Below are positions 13,866 through 31,720 of a stretch of 64,000 bases of DNA, piece after piece. Below the pieces are notes generated by a model. The model saw only the letters and a program-made list of their open reading frames with translations. It was not told where the DNA came from and did not search any database. Numbering within the stretch: the first letter of the stretch is position 1; each line of letters starts with the position of its first letter. This DNA comes from the human T2T-CHM13v2.0 reference genome, Homo sapiens. A program made the translations under genes and the position numbers. The stretch lies in the NCBI RefSeq assembly GCF_009914755.1, contig NC_060937.1; one strand, written 5' to 3'.

Positions 13866-14710
13866 CATCAGCAACCATAACAAAACAAAAAAAAACCTAC
13901 TTCTCCACCAGACGGCAATGTTGAGAATCTTAAAAAGAGATTTAAAAATATATTTAAATGGTTATGACAGAAATTAGAAAGTAAATGAAGTTATTTAATA
14001 ATAACTAGCAAAAATAATAAATTAGTATACATTTTTCTTTAGTTATTAAAAAATCAGTGTGACAATTTTTAATTCTAGGAGTTTTAGCCAATAGGTTTTC
14101 ATTAAGCGCAGACTATAAATCCTATAGCTAAAAGTTGAATAGAGGATTTATTTAATAATGATGCACTTTCTGATGTTTACATATTACACTGAAACCACCT
14201 ATAAGAAACAATAGAAACTGAATAGCAACTAAAAGAAAGAAGAAAACTCATCTCTTAAAATTACTAAAATATAGGAAAATAAAACATAATATAAAAGCCA
14301 CACCAGATCTATAATAAATCATCCAAAAAGGAATTTTAAAATATTGGTATGGAGAGCAATACTGTAATATCATGTAGAAGCAAATGACATAATTTCTTAG
14401 TAGATAGCTGGGACTCAGAAAAACTGTGTAAAATAATTTGGGCCATTGAAACTAGAAAGTCAATGCAAAATTGTGAATTGCATGAATAATACAATATTCT
14501 ATAGACATAAGCACTTCGGAAAACAAAAATCAATATTATTTGTTTATCTACTGAGAAATCTTAGCATTTAATGTAACAGTGGCAAAGTTATATAAAATAA
14601 ATGTTAGAAGAAATTAACTGCCAATAAATTTCCGAGGGAATTTAAAATTATGCAGAGGTGACATGGAAGTCTTCATGGTCCATATAAGCCTAAAGAATAT
14701 GTAGAAAATT

Positions 14711-15009
<299 letters not shown>

Positions 15010-17029
15010 TCAGTAATCAAATATGAGATAAAGAAATCTCTCTCCTCAAAGATGTAGCTCCAGTAAATATGGATAATTAATGTCTCAAACAATTTTAAAT
15101 ATTGGTCACTATGTTTATTTTATGGATCACTTTTTAAATGTAAAAGTATACAAGTTTACTTTCTTGTGGGATATTGGAAACCATAGCGTGGACATGGGGA
15201 AATAAAGTTGTATATGATTACTTGGGGTAAAGAGAGATTACAAGAGGTATTACTGGTAATATGAGTTGGTTCCTACTATGAAGGACCTTGAATATGTTTG
15301 GATTAATTTAAGCAAATGCTTAGCATTTGAATTTTTATCAGATTTGTGCTGTAACATGGAGATTTTAGCAATTTTGGAAGAGAGAGATTGAAGGCAAGGA
15401 GAAGGGTTACAGATTAAGACACTACTTAAGCCTGAAGATAATAAAATTTTAATCATATTGATAGCAATAAAGTAGAATAGAAAAACAGATAAGAGGGATA
15501 GCTACCCATGTAGATATGCATTTCTTTAGAAACCTGTGGAAAAGTAAGCAGAGGGACCATATAAACCATTACAACCATAATCCCTCATGGCTTTAAATCT
15601 ATGACATATTCTCTTCTTGAAGGTTTTTATTCTATTGGCATGATTCAAAAGATACTCATAATGGAAAAAAAGCATGTGGAAGAAGATACATGTGGATCAT
15701 GAAGTGTAGAGTTGCACTGACCTCTTCACAGCTCTTAAAATTAGAGAAGGGAGAAGACAGAAGAATTGGGTGAATGTTAAACGTTTTCTGTGTTCTAGGA
15801 AAGTATTACAGGGAACCAAATTGGTGAGGAAAAAGGCAGTGCAAGTTTGAATGGAAAATGACCCACTGAAAAAACATGGCCAATAAGAAGGGGAGATATT
15901 GGGCACACATCGTCAATGGTTCATGCTGTTTCAGAAAGCCTGAAGGAGATTGATGGGGAAAGACTGAGAGCATCAGTCTGAATTTTGTACAGAAAACAAA
16001 AGTCATTAGACATTTAAAGCGGAAAGGATTTCAATACAGGCAATGAGAGGCTTAAAAAGGATTTCAATGACTAAAAGAATGAAAAGCAGGGGCTATTGCT
16101 GAAGAGTTGAGTGAAAGTCAAAGTACCACAGTTGTGTCCCTGATTCTGTTATTCTACAGTAGGAAAGCCTGTGATCAGGCACAGAAATGCTGAGACTGGG
16201 TACCACAATTGCTTTTCATTCACCAATGTCTCCACCTCATTTGAGACCAAAACAGCAGTGAGAATATAGCCTCTGTTTTACTTCATCTTCCAAATCTCCT
16301 GCCAGTGCATTTCACTGCAAAGGACTCTATATCCAGAATTCTAGTTTCAAAAGAATATAGTTTAGTTTATTATTTTCTGTTGTAGAAACGACACAGAGAA
16401 GGAGATACTAGATGACTATTAGCCAAGCCCAAAAATGTGAGTGAGGAAGATGAACTACATGATTTTAACAGTTGAGATAAACATGTCAGTGAGGATTTAG
16501 GTCCTACATAGTTACAATGCTAGTGTCTCCACCTACTCTTTTGTCTCAAGCAACGCTAATAGTAAATATTATCTCAATACTAAGACAAGAAATAATTGCA
16601 CATGAGGACAGTTTGAAATTGCTCACGAGCTGCAACTTTTCTTAATACCAAAGGCATACTTTTTAACATTTTATAAATAATAATGATTAGGACATTTCTA
16701 ATAACCTCAAATATGCTAACTCTGGCCCAAGGAAAAAAATTATTTTTATGAACGTTGGTAATATAGTTCATAAAACAAAAGGAATAATTTTCTTTTCAAA
16801 ACATTTTTGGCAAAAAGAAAATGTGCCTGGGAAGATTAAACCTTTTCAAGACTTGAAAATCTGAAAATATCCACAAATTATTTCTAAAGGGTTGCCATTG
16901 AGTTAAAGTGATTTCAGAATTCTCTGATAAAAAATTTTATTTTTCAAAAATTTAATCATTATCTGTATAATTGTTGATGTCACTTAATATATGTGAGCCT
17001 TGTTTTTTTTAATATGCCCATGATGATAA

Positions 17030-17255
17030 TACTAACTTAAACTTACTGGGTGACAGGCACTATGAAAAGAATTTTGCATGCATTTATTTCATTATTTTCC
17101 TGAAATATCTCTAGGTTATATAGAATTTTCTATGATAATTTTACAGAAGAAAACTAAGGCTTAGAAAATTATTTTCCAAATGTCACAGAAATTAATTTGA
17201 AGTCTGGAAGCAAGTCCAGGTCAGTGTGATTTAAGAATTTGTACTGTTTTAATTT
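17030..17255 (-). mobile_element. MIR
   Basis: caggcactatg...ttttacagaagaaaactaaggcttaga. Confidence 0.7.
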
Positions 17256-17404
17256 CCATGTTACTCTGCCCTCTGTGGAATGACCAACTTGTTTGCCCAG
17301 GATCACGATGGGTGCTGGCATGTGGGTCTCAGGCAAACCCTGAACAATATAGTTTATAGACATCTGAATAATCAAGGGCGCATAGTACTCTACAGATACA
17401 AGAT

Positions 17405-17670
17405 GGCATTGTGCAGTGGTTAAAAGTGGAACTATAAAGTAGTAGTTAAGAGCTACAAATAACTTCATAATTTTTATTCTGAGGCATAACTTAATGTAAC
17501 TTTGAAATATTAATCACTCTGGCAACTAATCCTGCTTTCTTAGTTATAAATGGAAATAGTATAGTACCTACTTTTTGAATCATTGTGGTGTTCAGTTGGA
17601 TTTAATTTTAAATGGAGTAACTTTAATCATAATACAGAGCCTGGCATAGGCTCACAATAGATTTTAACTG
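17405..17670 (+). mobile_element. MIR
   Basis: gcagtggttaaaagtgga...ataaatggaaatagtatagtacctac...gagcctggcata. Confidence 0.6.
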
Positions 17671-19349
17671 TTGGTATAAAATACTTATTTTCTGTTAGCA
17701 TAGAGATATGTCTGTATTAGAAAATAAAATGGACTGGGTAAAACATTATCTCCTACCCACCCCTCACTTGGCCCACCTCAAAAGATTTTGAATTTATCAT
17801 TTTATTTATCACCAATGGTAAAACCTTGAAATATTCTAATGAAGGCTTTAAATTTTCAGTCATGTGTTCCTGCCAAAGAGAATGTCCAGCTGAGTGAGAG
17901 AGCATGTTACGATTAAAATCACACACATATGAACATGACTATGTTTAAATATTAAGGTTGATGTACCTTAATTACATCTAGCATTCTCAGATTTTTCTTC
18001 TCTAAAACACACATATTTACTGACCAGAATATTTAATAGGATCATCCATCATGGATTTAAAAAACGCAAAATTTAAAAATTATCTTTTTTCAGGATATCT
18101 AATCTAGACATGTTTTTTATAAGTAAACGTCTCAAAGTTACAGCATAGATTTCTGATGGACTCACTCTGAATACTACAAATTCTGATAATCAAAACTTTT
18201 TTAACCTTCAGCCTAATGAGGTTCTTCAGGAAGAACCTCAGCTCAGATCACTGGCCCCTTGTGCTACTCTCCACCAAGCTGGACCTGCTGAAATTCTGAT
18301 CATTTTCCTGGCTTAGTTATGCCCTGATAGTCCTCCCTTGACAGTAACATCAGCTTTATAAGTTCTTACCAGATACCTTTTTTTTTTTTTAACTTTCTTA
18401 GAACTATGATTTTACAGAAGCTTAGAAGTTTGAATTCTTCACTTCAGTGGCAACAGATTATATGACCACATCACAGAGACCATGAGGCATATAGCTTATC
18501 TAGTAAGAGGTACTGGAGGCTGAGTGAACAAAGAGATCAGTCTAAAAACTAACAAAGAAACACCAGAATGTTTATCCAGTTGCTAAAAAGACAATGGATA
18601 TTCATACACATAATAAAATGCTTTCTTTGACCTATCCAGCTGTGGTGGGGGAGGGAGGGGTTGGCGGAAAAAAGTGCCTTGTGGGAGATTAAGTTACAGA
18701 GGACCATCAGCGCAAATATTTGTGATCCTGGTATGCCTATGACACTACATTCTTTTAGCTTTTCTTCTAATTATATGGTGCTTTCTCAATTTGCTGATAA
18801 GTCCTTAAGTATAGAGTTTACTCAGGATTTTGTGTTCAGATATTTTGAAACACTGGACAATATTTTTTCCTGCTTAAAAGTTTGAAAACATTAGCGTACA
18901 TCCAATATATTACATTTCAGTCCTTTTCCTTGACATGATGCAAGCAGAAAATGTCTTTATATACTTAATTAATTGAAGCATTAGAAAAATCTAGTACTGA
19001 TATCTAGTTTATATGAAGTAGAAAAAAGGAATAGCTACTTTCATACATGCATTCACAATTCATTGCCTATTATGAGATTTGGTCTGGAAGAGATTTATCT
19101 ACTGGATTTTAATCATAGTAAATTCTATAGCATAATTTTGCTATAAACACACTACGTAGAAAATCTATTAAAGAAAGGGGTGACAGTTTCAACTTGTATT
19201 TTTCAGAAGAAATGCAAAACACAAAGTCACATCTGGTCTTTATAGGCCACCATCCGGCAGTTTTAAGGCATTAACCTTAAATATTTTAAAAAACAGGTTA
19301 ATAGATAGTTAACGTGTAGAGGAATATTTTAAAATGAAAACATAAAACA

Positions 19350-19437
19350 TAGTCTCATTGGGTAAGGTACTATTTGTGGTTTTAGGCAGCCACTGGGGGC
19401 TTGGAACAGATTCCCTGTTGGTAAGAGTGCACTACTG
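19350..19437. mobile_element. MER44/Tigger7-type terminal fragment
   Basis: ggtactatttgtggttttaggcagccactgggggcttggaac...actactg resembles a Tigger-class end. Confidence 0.65.
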
Positions 19438-19583
19438 TGGTTAGTAAGGAAAAGTTTAAAAAAAAAAAAAAGGCTGTCTATTTCCTGTGTGTTTGGGTAC
19501 AGGAGAATAAGCTAAAATGGTACATTTGCTGTCTTCTTAGAACTTGGAGTGTGAAGATACAGTAAAGTTAAAAAAACAAACAT

Positions 19584-19878
19584 GGCCGGGCACCATGGCT
19601 CACACCTGTAATCCTAGCACTTTGGGAGGCTTAGGTGGGTGGATCACGAGGTCAGGAGATGGAGACCATCCTGGCTAACATGGTGAAACTGCGTCTCTAC
19701 TAAAAATACAAAAAAATTAGCTGGGTGTGGTGACGCACGTCTGTAGTCCCAGTTACTTGGGAGGCTGAGGCAGGAGAATCGAACCTGGGAGGCGGAGGTT
19801 GCAGTGAGCTGAGATGGCGCCACCACGCTCCAGCCTGGGCGACAGAGTGAGAATACGTTTCCAAAAACAAAACAAAAA
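19584..19878 (+). mobile_element. Alu (AluSc8/Y-like)
   Basis: Full Alu; gaccatcctggctaaca; TSD aaa(a/g)acaaacat. Confidence 0.95.
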
Positions 19879-20686
19879 GACAAACATGGCTTCAAAATCC
19901 ATAGCCCAAAGACTTTTGAAAAAACATTTTCTATGTTTTTTAATAATTTCTAGCTCTTCTGATTTAGGAAGATGATGCAATATGCCATTAAAGGGCTGTG
20001 GTATGATCTGAGGATTATCTATTGTCAGAAATATATGAAGTAAATATTCAAGGGAAAAAAAAGAAAAACACTAATTACTATCAAGCCTTGATTTATAACA
20101 CTGAATAATCAAACATGAATTTGAAGTAATTAACATTTATTTAAATGCAAAAGAATTAAAATTTTCCTAAATACTTTAATGCATAATTTGTTAAATAATA
20201 ATTATTGATTAAATGTACTAATCTTTCCCAGATACCTATGCATTGATAATGCAATTATTTAGCAAAGTCTTGTATCTCTTTAAAATTTCAAACCAAATGA
20301 CTCTGATTCTAATTATTATACACATCTTAAAAAGCTAATAAAATCAAACATATGCACAATATTACTGTAAATATAAAACTAAAAGCAAATCTAAAACAAA
20401 AATGGTTGTTGTAATAAATGTATTTTTATATTTCTCATTCTTTTTACACCTTTCATGGGCTTCCATTTCTATATTTTTATAGTTCTGATAATTCTACAAG
20501 AATCTAGTTTTGTAGTTTCCCAGCACTTTACTAATCTTAAAGTATTTAAAAGAGAAAAAAGATCTAATGAAACAACTGAAGTTGCAAGGTTTGTGATGAT
20601 CGGCAACTAATTCCTAATTCAAATGAATGGGTTTCCCTTTTACAGTAAACTTTGTTATTTCGATCAAACATATGCAACTTTCACAC

Positions 20687-20827
20687 AGGTATAGGTTTAT
20701 GTAATTTTGGGCCTTCCTCTGAAATTGCTTAAGTTCGTTTATTTCACTAGTACAGTTTTTCTCTGGAGCTGCAACACCATGTCTGTGCAGGTCCAGGTTC
20801 CCCAAGGGAGCACATTCGAGCCCAGTT
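20687..20827 (+). repeat. 141-bp local duplication, copy 1
   Basis: Ungapped match to 22676-22816 with 12 mismatches (hand count). Confidence 0.9.
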
Positions 20828-21360
20828 GCTGTATCATGTGTAGACATATGTGAGTATTATGTTGCTTTTAGAATGACTATAAAGCACTGATAATTATTTC
20901 TCTTTCTTTGAAAGTAGGAAAAGATAGAAATGGGAAATCATAAATAAATTGAAAAAAGTGGGGAAAAAGTAGGTATTGTACTAGGAAGAGGGAGAAATTA
21001 AGAGCATAATTGAAACCTCACCTAAAGTCCCAAGTGTATGTCACAACATAATGAATCATTTAAGCACTGAGAGAAAAGAATATGCTATACGTAGATCTAA
21101 AATATTAATTTGGAAACCTCTACATCTAAAGAGAAGGCATAATATATTTTAAATGTTAGATATGCAAAAATATTATGGTTCTAATAAGGCTGGTATAATT
21201 GGGTAGAGAATGTTATGGAAAATTATTCAAACTGAAAAGAAAATTATTGAATACCTAACACTAAACATAATAAAATAATTGTGTGGGAGGCTCATATATT
21301 GCTGGTGGGCGTGTAAAATGATGCAGTATCATTGAAGAACAGTTTGGAAGTTCTTTAAAA

Positions 21361-22042
<682 letters not shown>

Positions 22043-22675
22043 TTGAAAACTTAACAGAGTTTAACTTAGACCCATTCCTAGATACATACCCAGGAGAAAT
22101 GAAGAAGAACACACAAGATTTTGTGCACGAATGCTCATAACAGCATTATTCCTTATAACCAAAGCATGGAAGCAACTCAAATGCCCACCAACAGATGAAT
22201 ACATTAAAAAAAATATGGTATAGCTGTACAATGGGATATTATTCAGCCACACACACATGAATAAAATATTGATACATGCTACAATATGGATGAACTTTCA
22301 AAATATTATGGTAAGTGGAAAAAATCAACACAACAGGAAAAATATTATATGATCCAATTTATATAAAGTGTCCAGAGTAGGCAAATTCCTGGAGAAGGTA
22401 GTAGACAGAAGTAGATAGGAGTTGTAGCCAGGGGCTGGAAGTTGAGAAAATGGGGAATGATTCCTAAAAGATACAGGTTTTCTTTTGGGACTGATGAAGA
22501 TGTCCCGGAACTAAGTAATGGTGATGGCTGCACAAATTTGTGAATTACCCAAAGCTGCTGAATTTTATACAATAGAAAGTTGAATTTTATAGCATGTGAA
22601 TTATATCATAAGAATGATTAAAATGCAATAAAAATGAAATAAAATAATTGTGTAATTATTTATTTAAACCAACCT

Positions 22676-22816
22676 AGGTATAGGCTTATATAATTTTGTG
22701 CCTTCTTCTGAAATTGTTTAAGTTCATTTATTTCGCTAGTACAGTTTTTCTCTGGAGCTGCAACACAATGTCTGTGCAGGTCCAGATTCCCCAAGGCAGC
22801 ACAGTGGAGCCCAGTT
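22676..22816 (+). repeat. 141-bp local duplication, copy 2
   Basis: Ungapped match to 20687-20827. Confidence 0.9.
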
Positions 22817-23239
22817 AATAAAGCTACTTAAAGAACAGGGAAGAATGTCTGGAATAATTTAGAACATTTCATGTTTCTGGATTATTGAAACCAATATTAC
22901 ATATTGTCAATTCTTTTGAAATTAATATATGATTTCCATGTAAATATGAGTAGGGGAATTGATCATAACATTTAACTAGAGGTGTAAATATGCTAGATTG
23001 GCAAATAAATTTCCAAAAAAAAAAAGAAGGTAAAGGAGAAGGGAAAGGGCTAAGCTTACAGATATAAAAATTAAGTGAACACATGAAAAAAACAGAACTA
23101 AAAGCTGGGAATAAATAAATTTATGTGAATCTAGAAATAAAAATACCTAATTATTTAATTTAACCTACCAGAGACTATCCTATATATTTTTATATATTAA
23201 CTAAATTATATAAATAGCACTGATAAGAGTTATTTCTTA

Positions 23240-23375
23240 TACTTTTAATATTTTGATGAGGAAAGAGAAGCACACAAAAGCTAAATAACCAGCCAAATTG
23301 ACTTAGCATATATGTACCAAGGTTTGAGCCTAGGGAACCTGGCTTCAGAATTTGAGCCTATAACCATTGCACTCT
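23240..23375 (-). mobile_element. MIR fragment
   Basis: gatgaggaaagagaagcaca...ggtttgagcctaggg...ctggcttcaga. Confidence 0.65.
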
Positions 23376-24527
23376 ATCATCTAGATATAGTGTGTGTATA
23401 TATATATATAGTGTGTTAATATATGTTTATGTATATATGTACAATGAAGATTACATTTTTTATTGTTAGGAAAATGACAGAATACTTAACAAATGGTTTG
23501 GAAGTACTGTTTAGTCAGTTTTACTAAACTGGAAATAAAAATTGTTAACAAAATGAAATAAAAACAAGGCTACATTTCTGCTTCAATCATTACCTAATAA
23601 AATTTATATGAACTAAAAAGATCAATGTAAAAGCCATTAGAAATTTATCCAGCAAAATAATTTCGTAACTTTATAATCTTAAAATTTTAAATTGGGTAAG
23701 GAATGTTCTATGTAAGGCATAACATTTAAAGCTTTAAGTGACTTAAATTCCTAGGACATAGTAGGTACTTAATGCTAATTCGTTCAATGACAGTATAATG
23801 AATGAATGAATGAAATAGGATGCTTGCTATGTGACTTTCTACATATGTTCTTATGGCAGGATGTATTATGTTTTTCTTCATATATGTTCTAATCCTTCTC
23901 TAAATGAGGTCACTAGTAACTAAATCTTTTTCTGCACATAATCCTGGTGACAAAATATGAGAGAGATATTATTTGTTCACAGGATTAGACATTATATTTT
24001 GGCTAAGCAAGATAGAGCAGGTGATAGTCTTAAGTCATAATGCGAGTATATTAGAAGGGCATTCTACATGTTCAACATGGCTGGGAAAAACAAGATCTTG
24101 AGAGGGAGAGTAGATTTTCTTCTCAGAATGATTCCAAGTATAAGGGAGACTCTGAGACTCTTCATAGGGCTTATAAGCATGGTGGCATCCACTTAGGATA
24201 TAATTTTCATGGTAACTAAATTGTAAGTTGTTGTGAGGAGAATTATAGTTTAAACTGATGCCATCTATTGACCTACAGTGTATACAAAGGCTGTCAAGGC
24301 AGGTGCATTAAGGAGAATATGTGAGGAACTGTTTATTCTGAAGGAATTGTTTAGAATATTCTGAAGATTAGGGGCTGCCAATTAACTTTACATAAATTCT
24401 TCACCTATTACAAGTACCTATAAGTACATTCCAGTGAATCCTTTAAGTGTATTGCATAGGCCAAATGACAAAATACTATGCACAGATCTTTGCAATAATA
24501 AAAAAAATCTTTGACTTAGTTGTAATT

Positions 24528-24530
<3 letters not shown>

Positions 24531-24565
<35 letters not shown>
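24531..24565. repeat. (CA)17 microsatellite
   Basis: Direct read. Confidence 0.97.
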
Positions 24566-24567
<2 letters not shown>

Positions 24568-27171
24568 CTCTAAACTCTGAGACAGATGGATTGTTTTATC
24601 TCAATTGATCATATTTTAACATTGTACAAGAAAAATACTATAATGAATATGGGAAAATTAAAGCAAGATCAATAGAATTAGTCCAATTGAAATAATTTCC
24701 TTTATATCATAACATTATATAACCTAAAAAGTCTCTACAAAATAATCTTTAAAATAAATCTCCAATGACATTCTTATTTTTTTCTTATTGTAAAAACTAA
24801 AAATAGAATATTTTTCTAATATAGTCATCTAGTTTTTCAACAAATGCTAATGTTGAAACACCCATCAATTATACAATGAGTGAGATTTTACAATTAGTTA
24901 TTATTTTGGAAGAACAGATACTCAGAATCCTTTAACTTCCTTTTCTTCTTTTCACCTTGTGCTAGTTGTCAAGAGAGGAGCATCATTTTATTATTCTACA
25001 TTGCTTTTTTACTAATTGTTCACCAGCAGCTTTTATAAACCCAGTTCTTTAGGTATATAATTTACTGTCATGTGTTTAATTAAGAATATACTACTATCTT
25101 TCCCCATGGCACTTATGTCTAGATGATTTAAAGTATTGTCTTCAGGATTTTTTAACCCAAAACATATTAAGCATTATAAAACAAGCTCCTAATCTTTACT
25201 TCACATCTTTTTCTGTGTTCAACATTATGATCTCTAAAAAAGCCTTTCAGCTATTCTTGCCTTAAGGAGACTCTCTTAGATGGAACACCTGTGAAATAGA
25301 GGAAATTATAGATATCATAAAAAAGGCAAAAAGCAAAATTAAAGTGTGAATAGAATTCAGTTTTACTTTATCTGGCATATTTCTTTTTATAACCACTAGA
25401 AATTTTGGATATCCATAATGTGTAATATAGAAATCCATAAAGAAAAGGGGTAGATATATTCCCCATTAAGACTGCTACCTCAAAGGATTGCTAAAACTGT
25501 TTGTTTTTGGCAGAAAAACAAAAATAATTAAATATTACCATTGACTTTAAGAAGCTTTCTTTCTCTTTTCAGTCTAACTTTCTTGCTGTTGGTTCTTGAA
25601 ATTTCAGTAAAAGCAACAATGAGGCTATAAGCAAGTATCATTATAAACAATGACATAAACATATTGACTAAAAAATTTGCTAAATTATTTCAATGAATAT
25701 TTCAATGGAAATATTTTTAAATTACTAAGTTAAAATGAAGACAGTCTGTATAAGATATAAAATTAGAAGTATTAGCTTGGATGCTTTTTTCTGCAATTTA
25801 TCTGCAGACTAGTGAAATAGATTACTCCTCTTTCATAAATCTAAAACTAAAAGCAAATAGTTATCTAAGGTGTTCTCAGAAATAAAATACACAAATATGT
25901 CTTTAGCACCTTAGTATCCTCACAGTATCTCTGACCATCTCTGTTAAGCTTCAGTTTCTTAGAGACATGCTTTAGATGAAATACTGCAGTCATTACTCTC
26001 TTTCAAAAACCCATAATATCACTACACTTTTATTGTGCAGAAGACATTGACATTTTCTTTCACAATGACACTAGAATTACTGACTAATACCACTCCAGGG
26101 CTGTCTGAAACTACACTTCAAAGCAGGTGCTTACCCTTTTCTTACTTTATATCCTTTACAGACTGTCTTCAGTTTAAGAGTTAGTAATTCAAAAATAATT
26201 CCGTTGAAATCTTCATTGGAATAATTCAGCAGTATTTTCAGGATCTAGGACATCAAGAGTAATATAAGAAAAGTTGTTGGAAGTTTTTGGGTTTTTTTTT
26301 AAGATGTTACTAAAAGTGACTTTAATTTTTTTTAACACTAAGTACAGAGAAAACTCTATTAGATTAAATATATACCATCCAGTAATATGTGAATCTTAGT
26401 ACACATATATTTAAAATAATTACAATAAGTATGCATCAAATCTTATCTTCAGCAATTTTGTAACATTCTGATATTTTCTCATAGGGAAATTTATCCAAGA
26501 AGAGAAAAAATACAACAAATTTGGAAAACACACAGATCTGATATATGACATATTTCTAGAGTTGAGACTGGCTACATGGAATGTCTGTAAATCTAGAAAA
26601 CTGTGATATGATTTGAAACATACTTGAAAGAGTTATTAGGATTCAGTTAAGCTCTATTTCTTCAGAATTCAAATAATCTAATTATTCTTGCTCTGGTGAA
26701 GGACAGTATAAAAAGACACTTTCAACTACTTTTTGCCAAAGTCATTACTTCATTTATTTGGTGAATATTTGTCATTTGTCCATAGGCTACAGATAAAATG
26801 CGCCTCAAAATAAATAAAGTTCTCTTCTCAAAGCTCATAGTACAATGGAGATAACATTTTTTAAAAAATCCATAAGGTACAAGAAAAACATCCATTTTTT
26901 CAGATTAGCAAAAAGAGAATAAGCTCCATATGTAGAAATAAACAGTGCACTGATATTGTGAAATAACCTATTCCAATAGCAAACAATTTCAGCTTCTTAT
27001 TTATTTTAAATGAATATAAATTACGTTGTTCATAAATGCCTTTTACAGTATTATTGTTGGCAAATAATGTGAAGCTTATAGTATAGTGCACTTACTTTAC
27101 ACATAGGCCCATCGGATCCCAAGGTCCAAGATTTCAGTTACAATAAACTGATGCAGGTTTGCTAAATTTTA

Positions 27172-28908
<1,737 letters not shown>

Positions 28909-29397
28909 GTGGAACCTGAGGTCATTATGTCCCTTCTGGAGGACCCCAGAAGTGTTCTTACTTGTTCATTGCTGACTGATGCTCTTCCCTTTGTTCTGGT
29001 TATTGCTGTAAATAGAGCAGAGTCACTTAAAATATGCATAAAAAATCAAACTCAACCAATATTTATGAAGTTCCTTATAAATACCAGATATTGTATCAAC
29101 AATGCTCAATAGATTTTCCACAAGAAAGGTTAATGCTAATTACAGGCTCAGACACAGGCAGTGGACAACTATGTTTTGTATAAGACAATCGTCAACTTTT
29201 TTATTCCCTACTCTAATTTGACTTTCAATTTGTTCTAATCATCTGATCAGGCAGCATTTCCTGGAATAGGTTTTTGAAAGTTTCAGAAAGGCAGTCATAG
29301 ACACATAAAATTTAGATGGAAGGGATTATTTCAAAGTCACCTGTTTTTAGTACTCTTTTGTTTATCAAAAGACAGCATTTGCTTTGAATAAATATAA

Positions 29398-29852
<455 letters not shown>

Positions 29853-30269
29853 TCTTATCCACGTTTCTCTTTAACTTCCTCTCCTTTATAGAGTTTCTTT
29901 ATAGATGTTTCTTTACCTGGCATTGACTCATTACCACCAAGTGATTTTATCACATAGTTCAGCCTCTATACTTTTCACTGTTACCCAAATTTTTTTCTAA
30001 ATGTTATTTCCTTCAGTAAAAATTAAATTATGTGAATCTAATTTCCTTTGAACTTAACTATATTATAGGAATTAAGAAATTTTACCATACTAAGTGGAAT
30101 AAGAATATTAATGGGTTTATATATTATCCTACCTTTACTCTTTCTCACTCTTATATTAGAAATTAAGTGACTTCATTTAAATACTTTATTTAAAATAAAC
30201 TGTACTAATCTAAATTGTTCAGATGATGAGTTTTGGCAAATGTCTGCATCTGGGTATCTACCTATATTT

Positions 30270-30458
30270 GCAGAGAATGTGTTTGCATCTATCCTGCTTG
30301 GGGTTTCCCGAGCTCTCAATTTTGAGTGGAAGTCCTTCATCAATTTTTGAAGGCATTCAGCAATTATCTCTTTATTTCTCCTGTCTAATTTTCTCTCTCT
30401 TCTCTTTTATTGCCACACAATAACATAGGAGCTAAGTCATTCAATTTGTTTCTTTCTT

Positions 30459-30491
<33 letters not shown>

Positions 30492-31720
30492 TGAGATGAG
30501 GTCTCACTCTGTTGTCCAGGTTGGAGTGCAGTGGCTAATTATGCCTCTTCAGGCACAATTGTAGTGTGCCAAAGCCTCAAACATTTGTGCTCAAGTGATT
30601 CTCCTGCCTCAGCCTCCAGAGTAGCTGAGAATGCAAGTGCACCCAGAGTAGCTGAGACTGCAGGTGCCCGGCTTAGGCCATTTCATTTTTTAAAAATGTT
30701 TTGTTTTTTGGTCTTATTTCACTGTTTTCCAGTATAAATATTTTCTATTGACATAAAGTTCATTGTCTTTTTTTTTCATTGTTGAGTCCAATCTAATTTT
30801 TTTATCAATGAATTCTTTATATATGATCTTATGTTTTTAACGTTTTGTTCTATTTTATTTTTTAAAAATTGGTTTCTATGTCTCTAGTGGAACTCCTCGT
30901 ATTTTCATACATATTGTTCACAATTTTCAGTAGATATTTACATAGCATTTTTATTGTACTTGAAATTCACTTTCTGATAATTTTAGTATCAGAGACATCT
31001 TTGCTTCTACTGATGGTTCTTCTTATGATCATGTGTTATATTTTCTTGCTTATTTATGTGTCTTTTAAAATGGAAGTAATATTGTTAAACTTTTTAAAGA
31101 ACATGCTCTGTCTTGTGCCAGGTTACTTGAGTGGGAAGCTGAATCAATCTTACCTGTATTTGAGTAGAATCTGGTAATTTTCGAAAGTTTAATTTGATTG
31201 GGTTTACCATTGGGTTCAAATGTTTTTACAAATAAGATAAAAAAATTCTCTTCTGTGGGACTTTGATTCTGAAGAAAGCTGAGACTCCAAAGATCTTTCT
31301 GTTCTTTACAGCTGAGCCTCCCCTTTCCAGACTGTAGATCTCTCTGTGCTCTATATCCCACCATTAGCTTTGTCTTCAGTGGGGAAATATTTTATTTCTC
31401 TTTAGTCTTGACCTATGCTTTCTATGCCTATAGAGAGTTCTTTGATGGAATATGTAAGAAGAATTTCTCTCAGCACTTCTGTCATCTCTCTTTATCTCCT
31501 TCTGTGGTGGGTTTGCCTCCTCTCAACAATGCCAATAATGAGAACAAAATTATCTACTCTCGTCTGAAAAGCTGATCACTTTCTGTAAATGAGTCCACTT
31601 CTGTGTCTTTGCGTATTGGTTCTCTGATAGTTTCAGAGAAACTATGATATTTTAGTGGGTCTGTCTTGTTATGTGGTTAGTATGAAAGTAACATATTGCA
31701 ACGATCTCCAACGCAACAGG
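30270..31720 (-). mobile_element. old L1M 5'/ORF1-region fragment
   Basis: T-rich strand with atctatcctgcttggggtttcc...ttcatcaatttttgaa...cagcaattatctctt. Confidence 0.5.
30446..30672 (-). mobile_element. FAM (fossil Alu monomer) with internal 27-bp tandem duplication
   Basis: gcagtggcta...caggcacaattgtagtgtgc..agcctcaaac FAM-type segment; monomer length. Confidence 0.8.

Noticed and set aside
25550-25612. Pyrimidine tract plus cag at 25572 as an exon
   Set aside because: No convincing donor or reading frame; expected by chance in T-rich DNA
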